From Octopus vulgaris (Eukaryota), in contig OX597841.1 of the NCBI GenBank assembly GCA_951406725.2, positions 3,038,001 through 3,102,000 of the forward strand: a DNA stretch of 64,000 bases, read 5' to 3'. Made by a program: the position numbers and the translations under genes. This document shows positions 31,009-47,615 of the stretch, piece after piece. Every line of letters starts with the position of its first letter. The stretch's first letter is position 1. Below the pieces are notes generated by a model. That model had not been told where the DNA came from. It searched no databases and worked only from the letters and a program-made list of their open reading frames with translations.

Positions 31009-31580
31009 ACCTGGCAGTAATAATTGATACACATAACTCTCCTTACATCCCTTTATATTTTCGTTTATTGCACCTGATTACATTTTATTTACGTGTGTGT
31101 GTGTTTGTGTTAATATCTATATCTGAGTAAGGGCAGCGAATTATTAGAAATCTTAGCACGCTGGGCGAAAAGCTGAGCGGTAATTTCGTCTGCCGCTACG
31201 TTCTGAGTTCAAATTCCGTCGAGGTCGTCTTTGCCTTTCATCCTTTCGGGGTCGATTAAATAAGTACAAGTTACGCACTGGGATCACATGGAGGAAAAGG
31301 AGATACGAGAAGGATAACTGGATCTTTGTGGTTTTAATTACTGTTTACAATTATCTTGAAAAGAATATTTTAATGTTTCATATTGATGGGATATTTGACG
31401 CTGAATCCGAATTAGAAATTCGTGGATTCCTTATGTGTTTAAATATACACTGTATCGTATGACTAATATATAGTCTCTTTGACTAAATTTTTTTACATGT
31501 TAGACCACTGGAAATGTAAATTTTTAGTTAAATGTTTTTAATTTTAATTAAATTCCATTTCCCTTTGATATGATTACATA

Positions 31581-31681
<101 letters not shown>

Positions 31682-31755
31682 AAGTAGACAAAAAGAGATA
31701 ACAAAGTCAAGGTTGTGAGGAGTTTTCAGGACATTTATAAGGAGATATAGATATA

Positions 31756-31803
31756 GTTTTACAGCCGTTTCTGGGATATTATGGATATCCCTTCATGAGA
31801 GAT
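31756..31803 (-). ncRNA. Mutated paralog of the 27177 hammerhead
   Basis: Same helix II, but core reads CTCATGA and helix I is mismatched. Confidence 0.6.
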
Positions 31804-31972
31804 GATGTGAGTTGGTTAAATAGAGATAAATGTTTGAGTTCAAGGAAGCAGCAGAAAGAGAAAACTGCAAAAAGGAAAACATCTAATAATTTTGGAAATA
31901 CTTCAGTCATAATTTCCATTGTATAACACAGAGGAATATTAAACATATATGGCAAATAAGAAACTGTAGAAA

Positions 31973-33811
31973 TTACTCTTTTCCTTTCTCCCTCGTATGA
32001 ATATATTTATGTTTTGTAAAGTTACTATTGTGAGAAAAGTGTTTACCACAAATATCACAGTGATATGGCTTCTCTCCTGTATGAATACGTTTATGGGCAG
32101 TTAAGATATTATTATGAGAGAATGATTCACCACAGATATCACAGTGATATGGCTTCTCTCCTGTATGAGTGCGACTATGTTTTGTTAAGGCAGTATTTTC
32201 AAAGAATGATTTACCACAGACATTACAATGATACTGTTTCTCTCCTGTATGAACACGTCTGTGTGATGTTAAAGCACTATTATTAGAGCATGGTTTACCA
32301 CAAATATCACATTGATATGGCGTTTCTCCTGTATGAATACGTCTATGTACAGTTAAGTGATTGCCTTGAGAGAATGATGTACCACAGATATCACACTGAT
32401 ATGGCTTCTCTCCTGTATGAATACGTTTGTGTCCCTTTAAAGTATTACTTTGAGAGAATGATTTACCACAGATATCACAATGATATGGTCTCTCTCCTGA
32501 ATGAATACGTTTGTGTGACATTAAGGCACTATTATTAGAGCATGGTTTACCACAAATATCACAATGATATGGTGTCTCTCCTGTATGAATAAGTTTGTGT
32601 TTTGTTAAGGCAGAATTTTCAGAGAATGATTTTGTACAAATATCACAATGATATGTTTTCTCTCCTGTATGAATACGTTTATGTGTAGTTAAGATATTAA
32701 TATGTGAGAATGATTCACCACAGATATCACAGTGATATGGCTTCTCTCCCACATGAATAATTCTGTGTGATGTTAAGACACTTTTATTAGGACATGGGTT
32801 ACCACAGATATCACAATGATATGGTTTCTCGCCAGTATGAATACGTTTATGTATAGTTAAGTGACTACCTTGAGAAAATGATTTACCACAGATGTCACAG
32901 TGATATGGCTTCTCTCCTGTATGAATGGATTTGTGTCCCTTCAATGTATTACTTTGAGAGAATGATTTACCACAAATATCACAATGATATGGTTTCTCTC
33001 CCGTATGAATACGCCTGTGTGATGTTAAGACACTTTTATTAGAACATGGTTTACCACAAATATCACAATGATATCGCATCTCTCCTGTATGAATACGTTT
33101 GTGTACAGTTAAGTAGCCCTTATTAGAGCATGGTTTACCACAGATATCACAATGATATGGCTTCTTTCCTGTGTGAGTATGATTATGTGATGTTAAGGAT
33201 CTATTACTAGAAAATCGTTTACCACAAGTATCACAGTGATATGGCTTCTCTCCTGTATGAATACGTATGTGTTTTGTTAAGGCAGTATTGTCAGAGAATT
33301 GTTTACCACAGATATCACAATTATATGGTTTCTCTCCTGTGTGAATACGTATGTGTGTAGATAAGTGAATACTTTGAGAGAATGATTTACCACAGATGTC
33401 ACAATGATAAGGTTTCTCTCCTGTATGAATACGTTTGTGTTCAGTTAAATGATTACTTTGAGGGAATGATTTACCACAGATATCACAGGGATATGGTTTC
33501 TCTCCTGTATGAATACGTTTGTGCACAGTAACATTACTCCTTCGAGAAAATGATTTACCACAGATATCACAATGATACGGCTTCTCTCCTGTATGGGAAC
33601 GTATGTGTGTAGATAACTTACTACTGCAAGAGAATGATTTACCACAAATGTCACAAGGATAGGGTTTCTCTCCTGTATGAGTACGTTTGTGCATAGTTAG
33701 GTCACTTTTTTGAAGGAAGGACTTTGTACAGATATCACAATCGTATGAACTCATCTCTTTTGTCATGGGTTCAGGGGAAATCAATTCTACACTTTTCTCA
33801 CTCTTTTCCAT
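31973..33811 (-). CDS. C2H2 zinc-finger protein unit 6, 21 fingers
   Basis: Intact ORF, ATG 33811; exon start 33985. Confidence 0.9.
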   Translation of the reverse strand: MEKSEKSVELISPEPMTKEMSSYDCDICTKSFLQKSDLTMHKRTHTGEKPYPCDICGKSFSCSSKLSTHIRSHTGEKPYHCDICGKSFSRRSNVTVHKRIHTGEKPYPCDICGKSFPQSNHLTEHKRIHTGEKPYHCDICGKSFSQSIHLSTHIRIHTGEKPYNCDICGKQFSDNTALTKHIRIHTGEKPYHCDTCGKRFSSNRSLTSHNHTHTGKKPYHCDICGKPCSNKGYLTVHKRIHTGEMRYHCDICGKPCSNKSVLTSHRRIHTGEKPYHCDICGKSFSQSNTLKGHKSIHTGEKPYHCDICGKSFSQGSHLTIHKRIHTGEKPYHCDICGNPCPNKSVLTSHRIIHVGEKPYHCDICGESFSHINILTTHKRIHTGEKTYHCDICTKSFSENSALTKHKLIHTGETPYHCDICGKPCSNNSALMSHKRIHSGERPYHCDICGKSFSQSNTLKGHKRIHTGEKPYQCDICGTSFSQGNHLTVHRRIHTGETPYQCDICGKPCSNNSALTSHRRVHTGEKQYHCNVCGKSFFENTALTKHSRTHTGEKPYHCDICGESFSHNNILTAHKRIHTGEKPYHCDICGKHFSHNSNFTKHKYIHTREKGKE

Positions 33812-34936
33812 TATTTTTCCTCTCAAATATCAGTTTATATATTTTTCTTCTGAGGAATTGTTTCACAAGAATTCTTCAACAGATTTTTAAAACACAATCT
33901 GATACATCTGTTTTGTACAATATTCTTCTTTTAGTCTTTGAAACGTGGTAGATGTTGAGGATGTTTCTTCTGTTATGTCAATGTTCTGAAATTATAGAGA
34001 AACAACAGTGTAAGGTATTGTGGTTACTTAAAAAATACAAATTCATTTCTAATGAGATCAATTAAGCTGGATGCCAACAGCTCCCTAAGGAAGTGCTGAT
34101 CCCTCAAAGTAGAGGGAACACGTGGAAATGGGACACCCATGGGGGGAAGGGCTGATAAACGAACTTGGGAGGCTGAACCTTTCAGAATAAGTACTGAGCT
34201 TACAAAGAATAAGTCCTGGGGTCGATTTGCTTGACTAAAGGCAGTGCTCCAGCATGGCCACAGTTAAATGACTGAAACAAGTAAAAGAGTGCAATAGGTG
34301 TACATCAACATGCGTAGCAAACGAACATGAAGAAAAATATTTCGCCGGCGAACGATGAAGTGGTGAGATGACTTGGAACATTCTTGATGGGAATTTTCCG
34401 AGTCCTCTCACCCGCCTCACGTTTACCAGGGCTCGCATTTTTTTTTTTTTTTTTTTTCATATTCGTTTACTACATGTTGTTTTACACCTATTACACCATT
34501 TCTTTTTCAATTTTTGCGACCGGGGCTCAACGTTGAGATTTCGGATTCTGTGAGATTGATCGTGTGAATTTTCCGAGTCCTCTCCCCACCTCCCGTTCAT
34601 ATTCGTTTACTACTTTTTTTTTTTTTTTTGCTTAGGTCAAACACTTCAGTTTGACCAAAGAAATTTCCAATGAATCCAGGATATTGGGAGGGCTGTCCCC
34701 CCCCCCACACACACACACTTTTCCGAACAAAAATAAGGAGTTTGCAGCATGTTTAGGAGGTAAGGGTACTTGATTCCACGCAAAAAATCCGAGTTTTTTT
34801 CATTTTCTTTGTGAAAATCGTGCAGGTGAAAGGATCAAATCATATCTTGATTTCTGCTCATTTTAGTGGTTGGAGTGTATTTGAGAATATTTCTAGAACT
34901 TAAAGAAAAAAAAACTAACCTGGCAAAGTACCTTCT

Positions 34937-35545
34937 GTAGCTAGAAATAGCAGCCAAATCTCGCACAAATCAGACATCTCCCGTCGATAGCTGGAAATAG
35001 TAGCTAAATCTTGCACAAATTATAGACATCTTTCATCGATTGCTAGAAATAGCAGCCAAATCCCGCAAAAATCATAGACAACTCTCATCCATAGCTAGAA
35101 ATAGCAGCCAAATCTCGCACAAATCAGACATCTCTCGTCGATAGCTGGAAATAGTAGCTAAATCTTGCACAAATTATAGACATCTTTCATCGATTGCTAG
35201 AAATAGCAGCCAAATCCCGCAAAAATCATAGACAACTCTCATCCATAGCTAGAAATAGCAGCCAAATCTCGCACAAATCAGACATCTCTCGTCGATAGCT
35301 GGAAATAGTAGCTAAATCTTGCACAAATTATAGACATCTTTCATCGATTGCTAGAAATAGCAGCCAAATCCCGCAAAAATCATAGACAACTCTCATCCAT
35401 AGCTAGAAATAGCAGCCAAATCTCGCACAAATCAGACATCTCTCGCCGATAGCTGGAAATAGTAGCAAAATCTTGCACAAATTATAGACATCTTTCATCG
35501 ATAGCTAGAAATAGCAGCCAAATCCCGCAAAAATCAAGGACATCA
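34937..35545. repeat. Minisatellite: 154-bp higher-order repeat of three 50-52-bp monomers, ~4 copies
   Basis: atagctagaaatagcagccaaatc.. monomers; identical trimer restarts at 35091 and 35245. Confidence 0.9.
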
Positions 35546-35640
35546 TTCGTTCATAAAACACAGAAGAGAAACAAAGAATCGATGCGCCAAAAAACCGAAA
35601 GTCTACAGAATTAAAAGCATGAAAGATCTTCATTGTTTAA

Positions 35641-35805
35641 TACTTACGGAAATGTTTCATAGAGGACAGTGTTGTTATGTATGTGTGTGTCTGGTAGTTG
35701 AGGAATACATTAGAACTATTATAAATGTCTTATCAACTAATTAAGAGAAATCCACGCACCTGGATATCAAAATGTAGCAAGTACTTTCAATACGCATGCG
35801 TATCT
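35641..35805 (-). promoter_or_regulatory. ZNF unit 6 putative promoter, first exon and donor
   Basis: Donor 35647-35641; palindrome variant TACGCATGCGTA 35791-35802. Confidence 0.6.
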
Positions 35806-36205
35806 CCTCTCCTGAAACATATAAAGGTAGCTAACTCCTCTTGACTCTTTTATTGCGTCTGCGGAGAGTCATTCTCTTTCAGTGATTTATTACGCAACAC
35901 ACGCATCTCTACAATTTCCATTCATTTACTTTATTCTCTTACTGGTTTCAGTCATTTTCACTGCAGCCATGCTGGAGCACCGCCTTCAGTCGAGCAAATC
36001 GACGTAAGGACTTTATCTTTGTAATCGCTGTACTTATCCTAACGGTGAATTTTGCCGAACCGCTAAGTTACGGGGACGTAAACACGCCAGCATCGGGTTG
36101 TCAAGCGATGTTGGGGGACACACACTCAAACATTATATATATATATTTTATTTAAAGTTTCAGCTCAGAGCTACGGCCATGCTGATGCACCGCCGTTAAA
36201 AGGGA

Positions 36206-38033
<1,828 letters not shown>

Positions 38034-38263
38034 AATCCAAACGGGAAAACAAAAAAACAACAACAGTGGAACAATTACAGTATTATTATTAATAGGCGCT
38101 CAGGAAATATGGAAGCAGGAAGGTATGACGTTTCGAGCGGAGCTCTTCGTCGGAAACATAAAGAAGGAAGAGAGAGGAAAGAAAGATCCCAAAGCGGGCA
38201 ACAGGAGATGGAGAAAAAAACGACTGGTGTTTACGAAGTACACATGGTGAAAGGCGGAAGATA

Positions 38264-38294
<31 letters not shown>

Positions 38295-38303
38295 CATATA
38301 CAC

Positions 38304-38533
38304 AGCAGCGAGCTGGCAGAAAAGTTAGCACGCCGGGCGAAATGCGTAGCCGTATTTCGTCTGCTGTTACGTTCTGAGTTCAAATTCCGCCGAGGTCGAC
38401 TTTGCCTTTCATCCTTTCGGGGTCGATAAATTAAGTACCAGTTACGCACTGGGGTCGATGTAATCGACTTAATCCGTTTCTCTATCCTTGTTTGTCCCCT
38501 CTGTGTTTAGCCCCTTGTGGGTAGTAAAGAAAT
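38304..38533 (+). mobile_element. SINE family A, single complete copy
   Basis: Head, core and tail ..agccccttgtgggtagtaaagaaat. Confidence 0.9.
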
Positions 38534-40180
38534 ATATATATATATATACACACACACAATGGGCTTCTTTCAGTTTCTGTTTATGAAATCCACTCACAAG
38601 GCTTTGGTTGGCCCGAGCCTATAGTAGAAGACACTTACCCAAGGTGCCACGCAGTGGAGCTGAATCCGGAACCATGTGGTTAGTAAGCAAGCTACTTACC
38701 ACACAGCCACTCCTAAAATTAGTTATTTTTGAAAAAACATTTTCAAAAGTCGTTGATCCTGTCCGTTATCAGAACTGCATTCTTTTTGTTGTGTGTGTGT
38801 GTGTGTATCTGTCTCTTCTCAAAGCTCGTTTTCCCAGCATTCCCCATTTCACATCGTTTTGGCTTAACAGCCCTCACTGTTTTTCTCACGGTCCTGTTTT
38901 AAAATAATAATAATAATAATAATAATTGTGTACAGTGCTCAGGTGCACTACAACTCATCTAAAGTGTATATATAATCAGGTGTAGTTTCGGCGGATTTCG
39001 GAAAGAATGAGGGCCTTAAAGGATGCAGTGTCATAAAATTCAAACAGTTTACATCTTTCACTTTCACTCCCTGCAAAAAGTCCCAAATTTTATTTAATTT
39101 GCTTTGCAAGAAGGACTGTTTTAACAAAGTCGTGTCTTATCCTTACCTTCAGAACGCAGAGTAAATAAAACAGGGGACAACTTATGAAGGGAATCTTCTT
39201 TATGTTGTGTCTTGCTTCTCTGTTTGTTCTTTCTTTCTTTCATTGTTCCAGATAAAGTTTGTTTTCTATGTCTTTGTTTTCGTGTCTCATATTTTTACGT
39301 TTTTTTTTTTATGTCCTGTACCCAAATATGCATACATATATACATATATATGTGGTAGTGCACATATATGTACGTATATATGCATATATTTATATATTGT
39401 TTATATTATTATATGATCAAACGCCACACATCTTTTTCCAAGTAAGCTATATATCATCATCATCATCGTTTAACGTCCGCTTTGCATGCTGGCATGGATT
39501 GGACGGTTTGACTGAGGGCTGGTGAACCAGATGGCTGCACCAGGCTCCAGTCTTGATCTGGCAGTGTTTCTACAGCTGGATCCCCTTTGTAATGCCAACC
39601 ACTTCGAGAGTGTAGTGGGTGCTTTTTACATGCCACAGGCACGGGGGCCAGTCAGGCGGTACTGGCAATGACCTGGCTCGAATATTTTTTTTTCGCACAT
39701 GCCAAAAGCACAGGTGCCAGTAAGGCATTGCTGGTAACGATCACACTCGAACAGTGCCTTTTATGTGCCACTGGCATGGAAGCCAGTTAGCCGCTCTGTC
39801 AACGATCACGCTTGTATGGTGCTCGTGTGTATATTTAACAACTTTACAATATTCCTGTGAATGAAAAAGTCGTAACAGTTGTTACTCTATAACATATTTA
39901 ATGAGAGAAGCATTTCAAAGATAATAAATAGGCAGAAATTTTAGAGATGTGATATTCAATAGAGAATATTTTGGGGATGCAATATTCAAGAAAGAATAAT
40001 GTGTAGGGTTGTCAGTAGGAGGAAGAGTTTTGATGTAGAGACCCTTACATCATGGAAAGAAAGGTGGTGAAAATTACAGAAACAAAACCAAGACAATCTA
40101 AAATTTATGGAAATACTTTAATTTCATTGCATAAAACAGAGGAATATTAAAAATAAATAACAAATAAGAAACTCGCTTTT

Positions 40181-40355
40181 TCATTTCTCCCCTGAATGAA
40201 TATGTTTATGTTTTTTTAAATCATAAAATTGAGAGAATGATTCACCACAAAGATCACAGTGATACAGTTTCTCTGCCGTATGGACAGATATGTGTCTAGT
40301 CAGTGTACCACTTTGAGAGAAGGATTTACCACAGATATCACAGTGATATGCTTTG
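40181..40355 (-). pseudogene. Out-of-frame last two fingers of ZNF unit 7
   Basis: AYHCDIC..LYHCDLC..HSGEK* in a shifted frame after a ~2-nt loss near 40356. Confidence 0.75.
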
Positions 40356-41924
40356 TCCTGTATGAGTGTGTTTGTGTCTTGATAAGTGACTACTTTGAGA
40401 GAATGATTTACCACAGATATCACAACGATATGGCTTCTCTCCTGTATGAATATATTTGTGTTTCGTTAAGCTATTATTTTGAGAGAATGATTTACCACAG
40501 ATATCACAGTGATACGGTTTCTCTGCTGTATGAATAGATTTGTGTCTAGTTAATGTACCATTTTCAGAGAATGATTTACCACAAATGTCACAGTGATATG
40601 GTTTCTCTCCTGTATGACTACGTTTATGTATAGTCAAGATACTATTATGAGAGAATGATTTACCACAGATATCACAATGCCATGCTTTCTCTCCTGTATG
40701 AATATATTTGTGTTTCGTTAAGTTACTATTTCGAGAAAATGATTTACCACAGATATCACAGTGATATGGTTTCTCTCCTGCATGAATAAATTTGTGTCTA
40801 TTTAATGCACCACTTTCAGAGAACGATTTACTACAGATATCACACTGATATGGTTTTTCTCCTGAATGAATACGTTCATGTATAGTTAAGTAACTGTTAT
40901 GAGTGAATGATTTACCACAAATATCACACTGATATGGTTTCTCTCCTGTATGAATATATTTGTGTTTCATTAAGCTACTATTCTGAGAGAATAATTTACC
41001 ACAGATATCACAGTGATACAGTTTCTCTCCTGTATGTACAGATTTGTGTCTATTTAATGAATTTGTTTTAGAGAATGATTTACCACAAATATCACAGTGA
41101 TATGGTTTCTCTCCTGTATGAATGTGTTCATGTGTAGTTAAGTAACTATTATGAGAAAAAGATTTACCACAGATATCACATTGGTATGGTCTCTCCCCTG
41201 TATGAAGATGTTTGTGTCTTATTAAGTTAGTATTTTGAGAAAATGATCTATCACAGATATCACAATGATATGGTTTCTCTCCTGTATGAACAGATTTGTG
41301 TCCAGTTAATGTACTACTTACAGAAAATGATTTACCGCAGATATCACAGTGATATGGTTTCTCACCTGTATGAATACGTTTGTGTTTAGTTAACTTACTA
41401 CTTTCAGAAAACGATTTACCACAGACCTCACAGTGATATGGCTTCTCACCTGTATGAATACGTTTGTGTTTAGTTAAGACATTATTATGAGAGAATGATT
41501 TACCACAAATATCACAATGATACGGTTTCTCCCCTGTATGAATACGTTTGTGCCCAGTTAAGTGAACGCTTTGAGAGAATGATTTACCACAAATATCACA
41601 GTGATATGGCTTCTCTCCTGTATGAATACGAATATGTTTTATTAAAGCTGTATTTTCAGAGAATGATTTACCACAGACATCACAGTGAAATGGCTTCTCT
41701 CCTGTATGAGTACGTTTGTGCGTAGTAACATGACTACTTCGATAGAATGATTTACCACAGATATCACAAGGATACCGTTTCTCTCTCCTATGAATATATT
41801 TATGCATAATTAGGTTACTTTCTTGAAAGAAGGACTTTGTGCAGACATCACAATCATATGAAGTCATCCCTTTTATCATGTGTTCAGAGGAAATCAATTC
41901 TACAATTTTTTCACTCATTTCCAT
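40338..41924 (-). CDS. C2H2 zinc-finger protein unit 7, 18 fingers (20 if the frameshift is an error)
   Basis: ATG 41924; exon start 42292. Confidence 0.88.
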   Translation of the reverse strand: MEMSEKIVELISSEHMIKGMTSYDCDVCTKSFFQESNLIMHKYIHRREKRYPCDICGKSFYRSSHVTTHKRTHTGEKPFHCDVCGKSFSENTALIKHIRIHTGEKPYHCDICGKSFSQSVHLTGHKRIHTGEKPYHCDICGKSFSHNNVLTKHKRIHTGEKPYHCEVCGKSFSESSKLTKHKRIHTGEKPYHCDICGKSFSVSSTLTGHKSVHTGEKPYHCDICDRSFSQNTNLIRHKHLHTGERPYQCDICGKSFSHNSYLTTHEHIHTGEKPYHCDICGKSFSKTNSLNRHKSVHTGEKLYHCDICGKLFSQNSSLMKHKYIHTGEKPYQCDICGKSFTHNSYLTIHERIHSGEKPYQCDICSKSFSESGALNRHKFIHAGEKPYHCDICGKSFSRNSNLTKHKYIHTGEKAWHCDICGKSFSHNSILTIHKRSHTGEKPYHCDICGKSFSENGTLTRHKSIHTAEKPYHCDICGKSFSQNNSLTKHKYIHTGEKPYRCDICGKSFSQSSHLSRHKHTHTGQSISL

Positions 41925-42354
41925 AATTTTTCCTCTCAAATCCCAGTTTATATATTTTTCTTGCTTTTGTTCTTATACGATATTCCCTACAAATACCACT
42001 TTTACTGTATCTTTGTCCAGTGTTACCTGTGTAATTTGTAATTTCTCTCCAGTAATTTACCTGAAATTTATCCTACAATGAGCACACATGCTCTTCTTCT
42101 TGACATTCCTGTCAGGCAGGTTCATAAATTTGGCTAATAAAAGTATTTCAGAGCAAACGTTTCACAGGAATTCGACCACAGATTTGTAGAAACAATCTGA
42201 CACATCTGTTTCGTATGATATTTTTCTTTAGCCTTTAAAGCGTGGTAGATATTGAGGATGTTTCTTCTGTTAAAACAATGTCATCTGATGTTCTGAAATT
42301 ATAGACAAACAACAGTGTAACATGTAGAAGCTATGTAAAATATACAGATTTATT

Positions 42355-42582
42355 TATTATTTCTTTATTGCCCACAAGGGGCTGAACACAGAGGGGACAA
42401 ACAAGGGCAGACAAAGGGATTAAGTCGATTAGATCGACCCCAGTGCCTAACTGGTACTTAATTTATCGACCCCGAAAGGATGAAAGGCAAAGTCGACCTC
42501 GGCAGAATTTGAACTCAGAACGTCTACGCATACGGCTACGCATTTCGCCCGGCGTGCTAACGGTTCTGCCAGTTTGCCGCCT
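42355..42582 (-). mobile_element. SINE family A, reverse copy in unit 7 intron
   Basis: Reverse complement of 38304-38533; flanked by repeated tacagatttattt. Confidence 0.85.
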
Positions 42583-42877
42583 ACAGATTTATTTCTATTG
42601 AGATAAATTGTACAAATAAACACTTAACTTAAGAACTGAGGTGGATGCTGACAGCTCCATAGAGAAGTGTCAATCTCTAAAAGTGGATGGAACATGTGGA
42701 AGAGGATTAAAAAACTGATTGAATCGTTAACAATTTAATGGGTACACATAAAAACACCCTTACTGAATATCAAACATATTTCATGAAGTTTTGGTATATT
42801 ACTGTCGTCACTTCCGGTTTCTATCGTAAAATACACTTTTTTAAGGGCAATTTACTTTCATAGAATAGAGATTTTTA

Positions 42878-43295
42878 GGCGATCATTCGTCTCTAGTAGA
42901 CCTTTCCGTCGATTTCCGTAAAAAAATTTTTTTTTTTTTACATATGGGCTTGCGGGAACTTTTGAAGTAATGAGAGCGAAAGAGACTAAGAGAAAGCGAT
43001 TGTATGACGAGGGAAGTTCTTTTGAAGTTACCGTGCATGGCAAGCATTGATGTACATGTGTGTGTGTTTGATGGGGTGTGGGAGACAGACAGTATGTTGT
43101 GTAAGTGAAGTGCTTCTGTTAGTGTGTGTGAAGAGACAGAGTAATGTGTGAAAGAAAGAGATAACTGAAATTTTTTACTCGGTGTGTGTGTATATGTATG
43201 TATATTACTTCAAAAGTTCCCGCAAGCCCATATGTAAAAAAAAAAAAATTTTTACGGAAATCGACGGAAAGGTCTACTTGAGACGAAAGATCGCC
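42878..43295. mobile_element. MITE with ~95-bp terminal inverted repeats
   Basis: ggcgatc..gaagtaat / attacttc..gatcgcc; flanking direct repeat gagattttt. Confidence 0.9.
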
Positions 43296-43805
43296 GAGAT
43301 TTTTTATTTAACTACAGATTTTTACAGGAATAAAGGAAGGAAAAAACATAAAAAGTGTAGAAGACCGAACCCCTCCCCCACCCATCTTCTCCTGGTTAAT
43401 CCCGTTCCACTTCTTTGTTTCCCTTTGTTTCGTTGCTGAAATAATTCACACATCGGTAATTATACAAAGAAACAAAGATCTGATAAATAATATTATTGGT
43501 TTCTGAATATTTCAGTGTTTGGAGTGAATTTCAGGGCATTTCTTAAACGAAAGAAAAATTAAATGCGTCAACGATGGAGTGTGTAAGAAGGTAGATTGCA
43601 GAGCGAGAAATAACAACCAAATCCCGCACAACTCTCTTTCCACGGTTAGAAACAGCCAAGTCTTGCACACATCATATAAATGTTTCTTTCGTAGCTAGAA
43701 ACAGCAGCCAAATCACGCACAAATGATGGACATGTCTTATTCATAAAAGAGACACAGAATCGATGTGTCAAAAACCAAATTAAAAACATTGAATACTTTC
43801 ATTAA

Positions 43806-43980
43806 TACTTACGGAAATGCTTCAGAAAGGACGGTGTTGTTATGTATTTGTGTATCTGGCAGTTGAGGAATACTTTTATAAATATTATAAATGTATTAAG
43901 AGCAGAGAAAGAGAAATTTGCGCAAAGGAAAAATTCTAAATCGACATCAAGTAGGAAGTACTTTCAATGCGCATGCGCAT
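43806..43980 (-). promoter_or_regulatory. ZNF unit 7 putative promoter, first exon and donor
   Basis: Donor 43812-43806; AGGAAGT 43953-43959; perfect ATGCGCATGCGCAT 43967-43980. Confidence 0.7.
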
Positions 43981-44102
43981 CTTTTCTGAAATATTAAAGT
44001 AGGTGAACTCTTCTTAAATCCCTTTTCGCTTTGATATCTTGCATCTAATTATATTTGTATTTGTTCGTATAAGTATTTATATCTGACTTTATTGACCATC
44101 CA

Positions 44103-44515
44103 AAGGCGGCGAGCTGGCAGAAACGTTAGCACGCCGGGCGAAATGCTTAGCCGTATTTCGTCTGTCGTTACGTTCCGAGTTCAAATTCCGCCGAGGTCGA
44201 CCTTTGCCTTTCATCCTTTCGGTGTCGATAAATTAAGTACCAGTTACGCACTGGGGTCGATCTAATCGACTTAATACGTATGTCTGTCCTTGTTTGTCCC
44301 CTCTGTGTTTAGCCCCTTGTGGGTAATAAAGAAATACGTATTTCGTCTGTCGTTACGTTCCGAGTTCAAATTCCGCCGAGGTCGACCTTGCCTTTCATCC
44401 TTTCAGGGTCGATAAATTAAGTACCAGTTACGTACTGGGGGGAGGTCGATGTAATCGACTTTATCCCTTTGTCTGTCCCCTCTGTGTTTAGCCCCTTGTG
44501 GGTAGTTAAGAAATA
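44103..44515 (+). mobile_element. SINE family A stack (one head, two bodies)
   Basis: Second body restarts at gtatttcgtctg ~44338. Confidence 0.85.
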
Positions 44516-44779
44516 TTTATTGACCATCCGATCAGATGTTGTTTTACGTCGCTGCTCACAATGCCCTTCCAGTTCTATTTTCATTTACTCGTAGAAATAT
44601 GGTTTGACGGTCAAAAATCACCAACCAACAAGTCTGAATGTATTCATACATGAAACGAAATACAACAGTCGTTGATAATAGCTTTCCTGCACGACATTTT
44701 ACGTCGCTCCATCTATAACTCCCTTCTTCAGATAACTCACATCCCTCATGGCATTCACTGCGTTCAATTCTTGATGAAT

Positions 44780-45692
44780 TTAAATATTCATTGCATTCAC
44801 TGCAACACACCCTGCTATTTGCCGACGATGTCAAACTGGTCGCTCTTCGCGGAGATATCGAGGATCTTCGTCGATGCCTCCACCAAATTTGGAGATGGTC
44901 AAACGAATGGGACCTGTGTCTGAACATGTCAAAGTGCTGTCATCTGCCTGTTGGCTCTTCTCCTGCATCTCAACTTGATTTTGAGCCGGGTCGTCTGCTG
45001 CTGGAGAGGACCGACCAGGTAAAGGACCTGCGTATCTTAGTGGATTCCTCCTTTTCGCCTTCAGCCCAGTGCGTCCATGCTACCAGCAAAGCACGCGGAG
45101 TTCTGTTTTTGATTCGACGGTCATTCGGAATGCTCACAGCAGCCATATTCCTACCACTCTATGTCACGCTGGTAAGACCCATATTGGAGTACGGGATTCA
45201 AGCCTCTTCTCCTTATCTCCTCAGACATACATCATCTCGAAAGAGTCCAGAAGCTGGCTACCCGCATGGTTCTAGGTCTCAAACATTTGTCTTATGAAGA
45301 AAGGCTGAAGACGCTCGACCTTTATTCTCTAGGAAAATGATGACGCCGAGGTGATCTCATTCTTGCTCACACCATCATAAGCGGAAAGTGTAACCTCTCA
45401 ATAGAGCTGTTCTTCACTCCTGCTCCAGAGCGTCGGCTGCGGGGTCACTCCGAAAAGCTCTATCTGCGACAATTTCATCTCAATCAAAGGAAAGGGGCTT
45501 TCTCCGTCCGGGTTGCAGATCCATGGAATAAGCTGCCAGATGAGATGGTGAAGATGCCGACGACCGCTCGGTTCAAAGTCTCCCTTGACCACAAGTGGCC
45601 TGAACTCTTTACATGAATACCACCCTGTACATAACTCCATGTCCCCCTACATGGCCATGCTTTTTGCAGCAAAAAATTAACAAACTAACTAA
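44780..45692 (+). mobile_element. CR1-like LINE 3' fragment (RT end)
   Basis: LLFADDVKL, LYVTLVRPILEYG; same family as 23050-23490. Confidence 0.9.
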
Positions 45693-46849
45693 ATTTTTAA
45701 TGTTTAATAATAACCACTATTAACTTGTTGCCGGCTGCATCTTACGTTTTTATTTGCAACAATCTCTCAGTCTCGCTCGCCTCTATTTTCACTAACGATA
45801 ATTTAATAAACTTTGATACGAGACACAATTTCAAGAATAGTTTCAGTTTCCAGAGTTTGTAAAATGAATAATTTTGATAAAATGAAAATTCTTTAATATA
45901 CCAGTATTTTTCTTTTGCCGCTGTGATACCAGTGCCAGTGGTACGTAAGAGAACCATCCGAACGTGGCCGTTGCCAGCACCGCCCCGACTGGTCTTATGC
46001 TGGTGGCATGTAAAAAGCACCAACCGATCGTGGCCGTTTACCAGCCTCGTCTGGCACCTGTGCCGGTGGCACATAAAAAGCACCCACTACACTCTCGGAG
46101 TAGTTGACGTTGGGAAGGGCATCCAGCCGTAGAAACATTGCCAGATCAGACTGGGCCTTGAGCAGCCTTCTGGCTTCCCAGACCCCAGTTGCACCGTCCA
46201 ACCCATGCCAGCATGGAAAGCGGACGCTAAACAACGATGATGATGATGAAGTGATTTTATTGGTATGGCTATTTGGAACGCTATAAGCCTTACAATAATA
46301 ACGATTTGATCGTTATTGGACGGGAGGAAAAGGTCACCACTTAGGGGAGAGTGTGAGACGTGGTGAGAAGTGACATCTTAGTTTTGGCTACCCTTCAAGA
46401 AAGAAGGATAGTAATCAGGTTACGAAAGACAAAGGAGAGTTGGAAGACTAGAAGGGGCTAGTGTTAAGGGGCAACCACCAGCTAAATATTTTAAAGAAGC
46501 CCCAAACTTGAAAAGATCTAAAAGGGCTGTAATTGACAACATACAAGTAGATGGTAGAATTGACAGCCAGAAGTGTTGCCTTGTGATTGATATCCTGGTT
46601 GAAGTCACAGGTCAAAAGGTCGTGCTTCCAGTCTACATAGTAGAGATGGAGTATCATTAGGTCTGGCGACTCGGTGTCCATAGGGTGCCAACTGAACTTC
46701 TGCTCCGTGGAGCTTTGGATGAAAGGAAGATTAGACTGTGTCAATATGATGAAGTGGATTATTGCTGGTAGTGAAGGGGAAGCATTACGAACGGAAGAGA
46801 TCCAACCGAAATCGGAACTACCGCTCCAGTGTAGTGAAAAGTCGACAAT

Positions 46850-47240
46850 ACTCTTTTACTTGTTTCAGTCATTTGACTGTGGCCATGCTGGAGCACCGCC
46901 TTTAATCAAGCAACTCGACCCCGGGACTTATTCTTTTGTAAGCCCAGTACTTATTCTATCGGTCTCTTTTGTCGAACCGCTAAGTGACGGGGGACATAAA
47001 CACACCAGCATCGGTTGTCAAGCAATGCTAGGGGGACAAACACAGACACACAAACGCATATATATATACATATATACGACAGGCTTCTTTCAGTTTCCGT
47101 CTACCAAATCCACTCATAAGGCTTTGGTCGGCCCGAGGCTATAGCAGAAGACACTTGACCAAGGTGCCACACAGTGGGACTGAACCTGGAACCATGTGGT
47201 TGGTAAACAAGCTACTTACCACACAGCCACTCCTGCGCCT
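46850..47240 (-). mobile_element. SINE family B, complete reverse copy
   Basis: Matches 49081-49481. Confidence 0.85.
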
Positions 47241-47359
47241 ATAGTCAACTGTCAGAATGTAAATTTTTAGATGATCCAGGAAATTAACGAACTAAAGGCA
47301 AATATGTTACAAAAAAATAATAAATCAATAAAAAAAAAACCCCTGTGAAATTAACAAAA

Positions 47360-47615
47360 TTTTCATGGTAAAGCCACCATCTGCAGACTGGCCCCGTCTG
47401 TGCAGAGGGCATCCATCAACGCCAGTTTGTGTTTCCTGCAGAAATATTTTTGGAAACTTTTTGCTGCAGATATTGTTGCTCAAGCAAGGGGAGCCTAAAT
47501 TGAACCCATGCCTACATGGCCCGTAGATCACGGTCGCCTTGGCTATTTCATAGAGATGTTTGTTTAGTAGATGGGTTTGGAATCTCGGCAGAGATAATCT
47601 TGTCAATATCATTGG
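47360..47615 (-). mobile_element. Helitron Rep/helicase fragment
   Basis: LYEI.K...IYGPC....SPC.....CSKKFPK.FLQETQTG.DG.PL.RR motif. Confidence 0.8.

Noticed and set aside
34937-35545. Repeat array superficially like CRISPR
   Set aside because: No unique spacers, no cas genes, eukaryotic context
46300-46850. Possible decayed LINE segment
   Set aside because: No diagnostic motif recognisable with confidence
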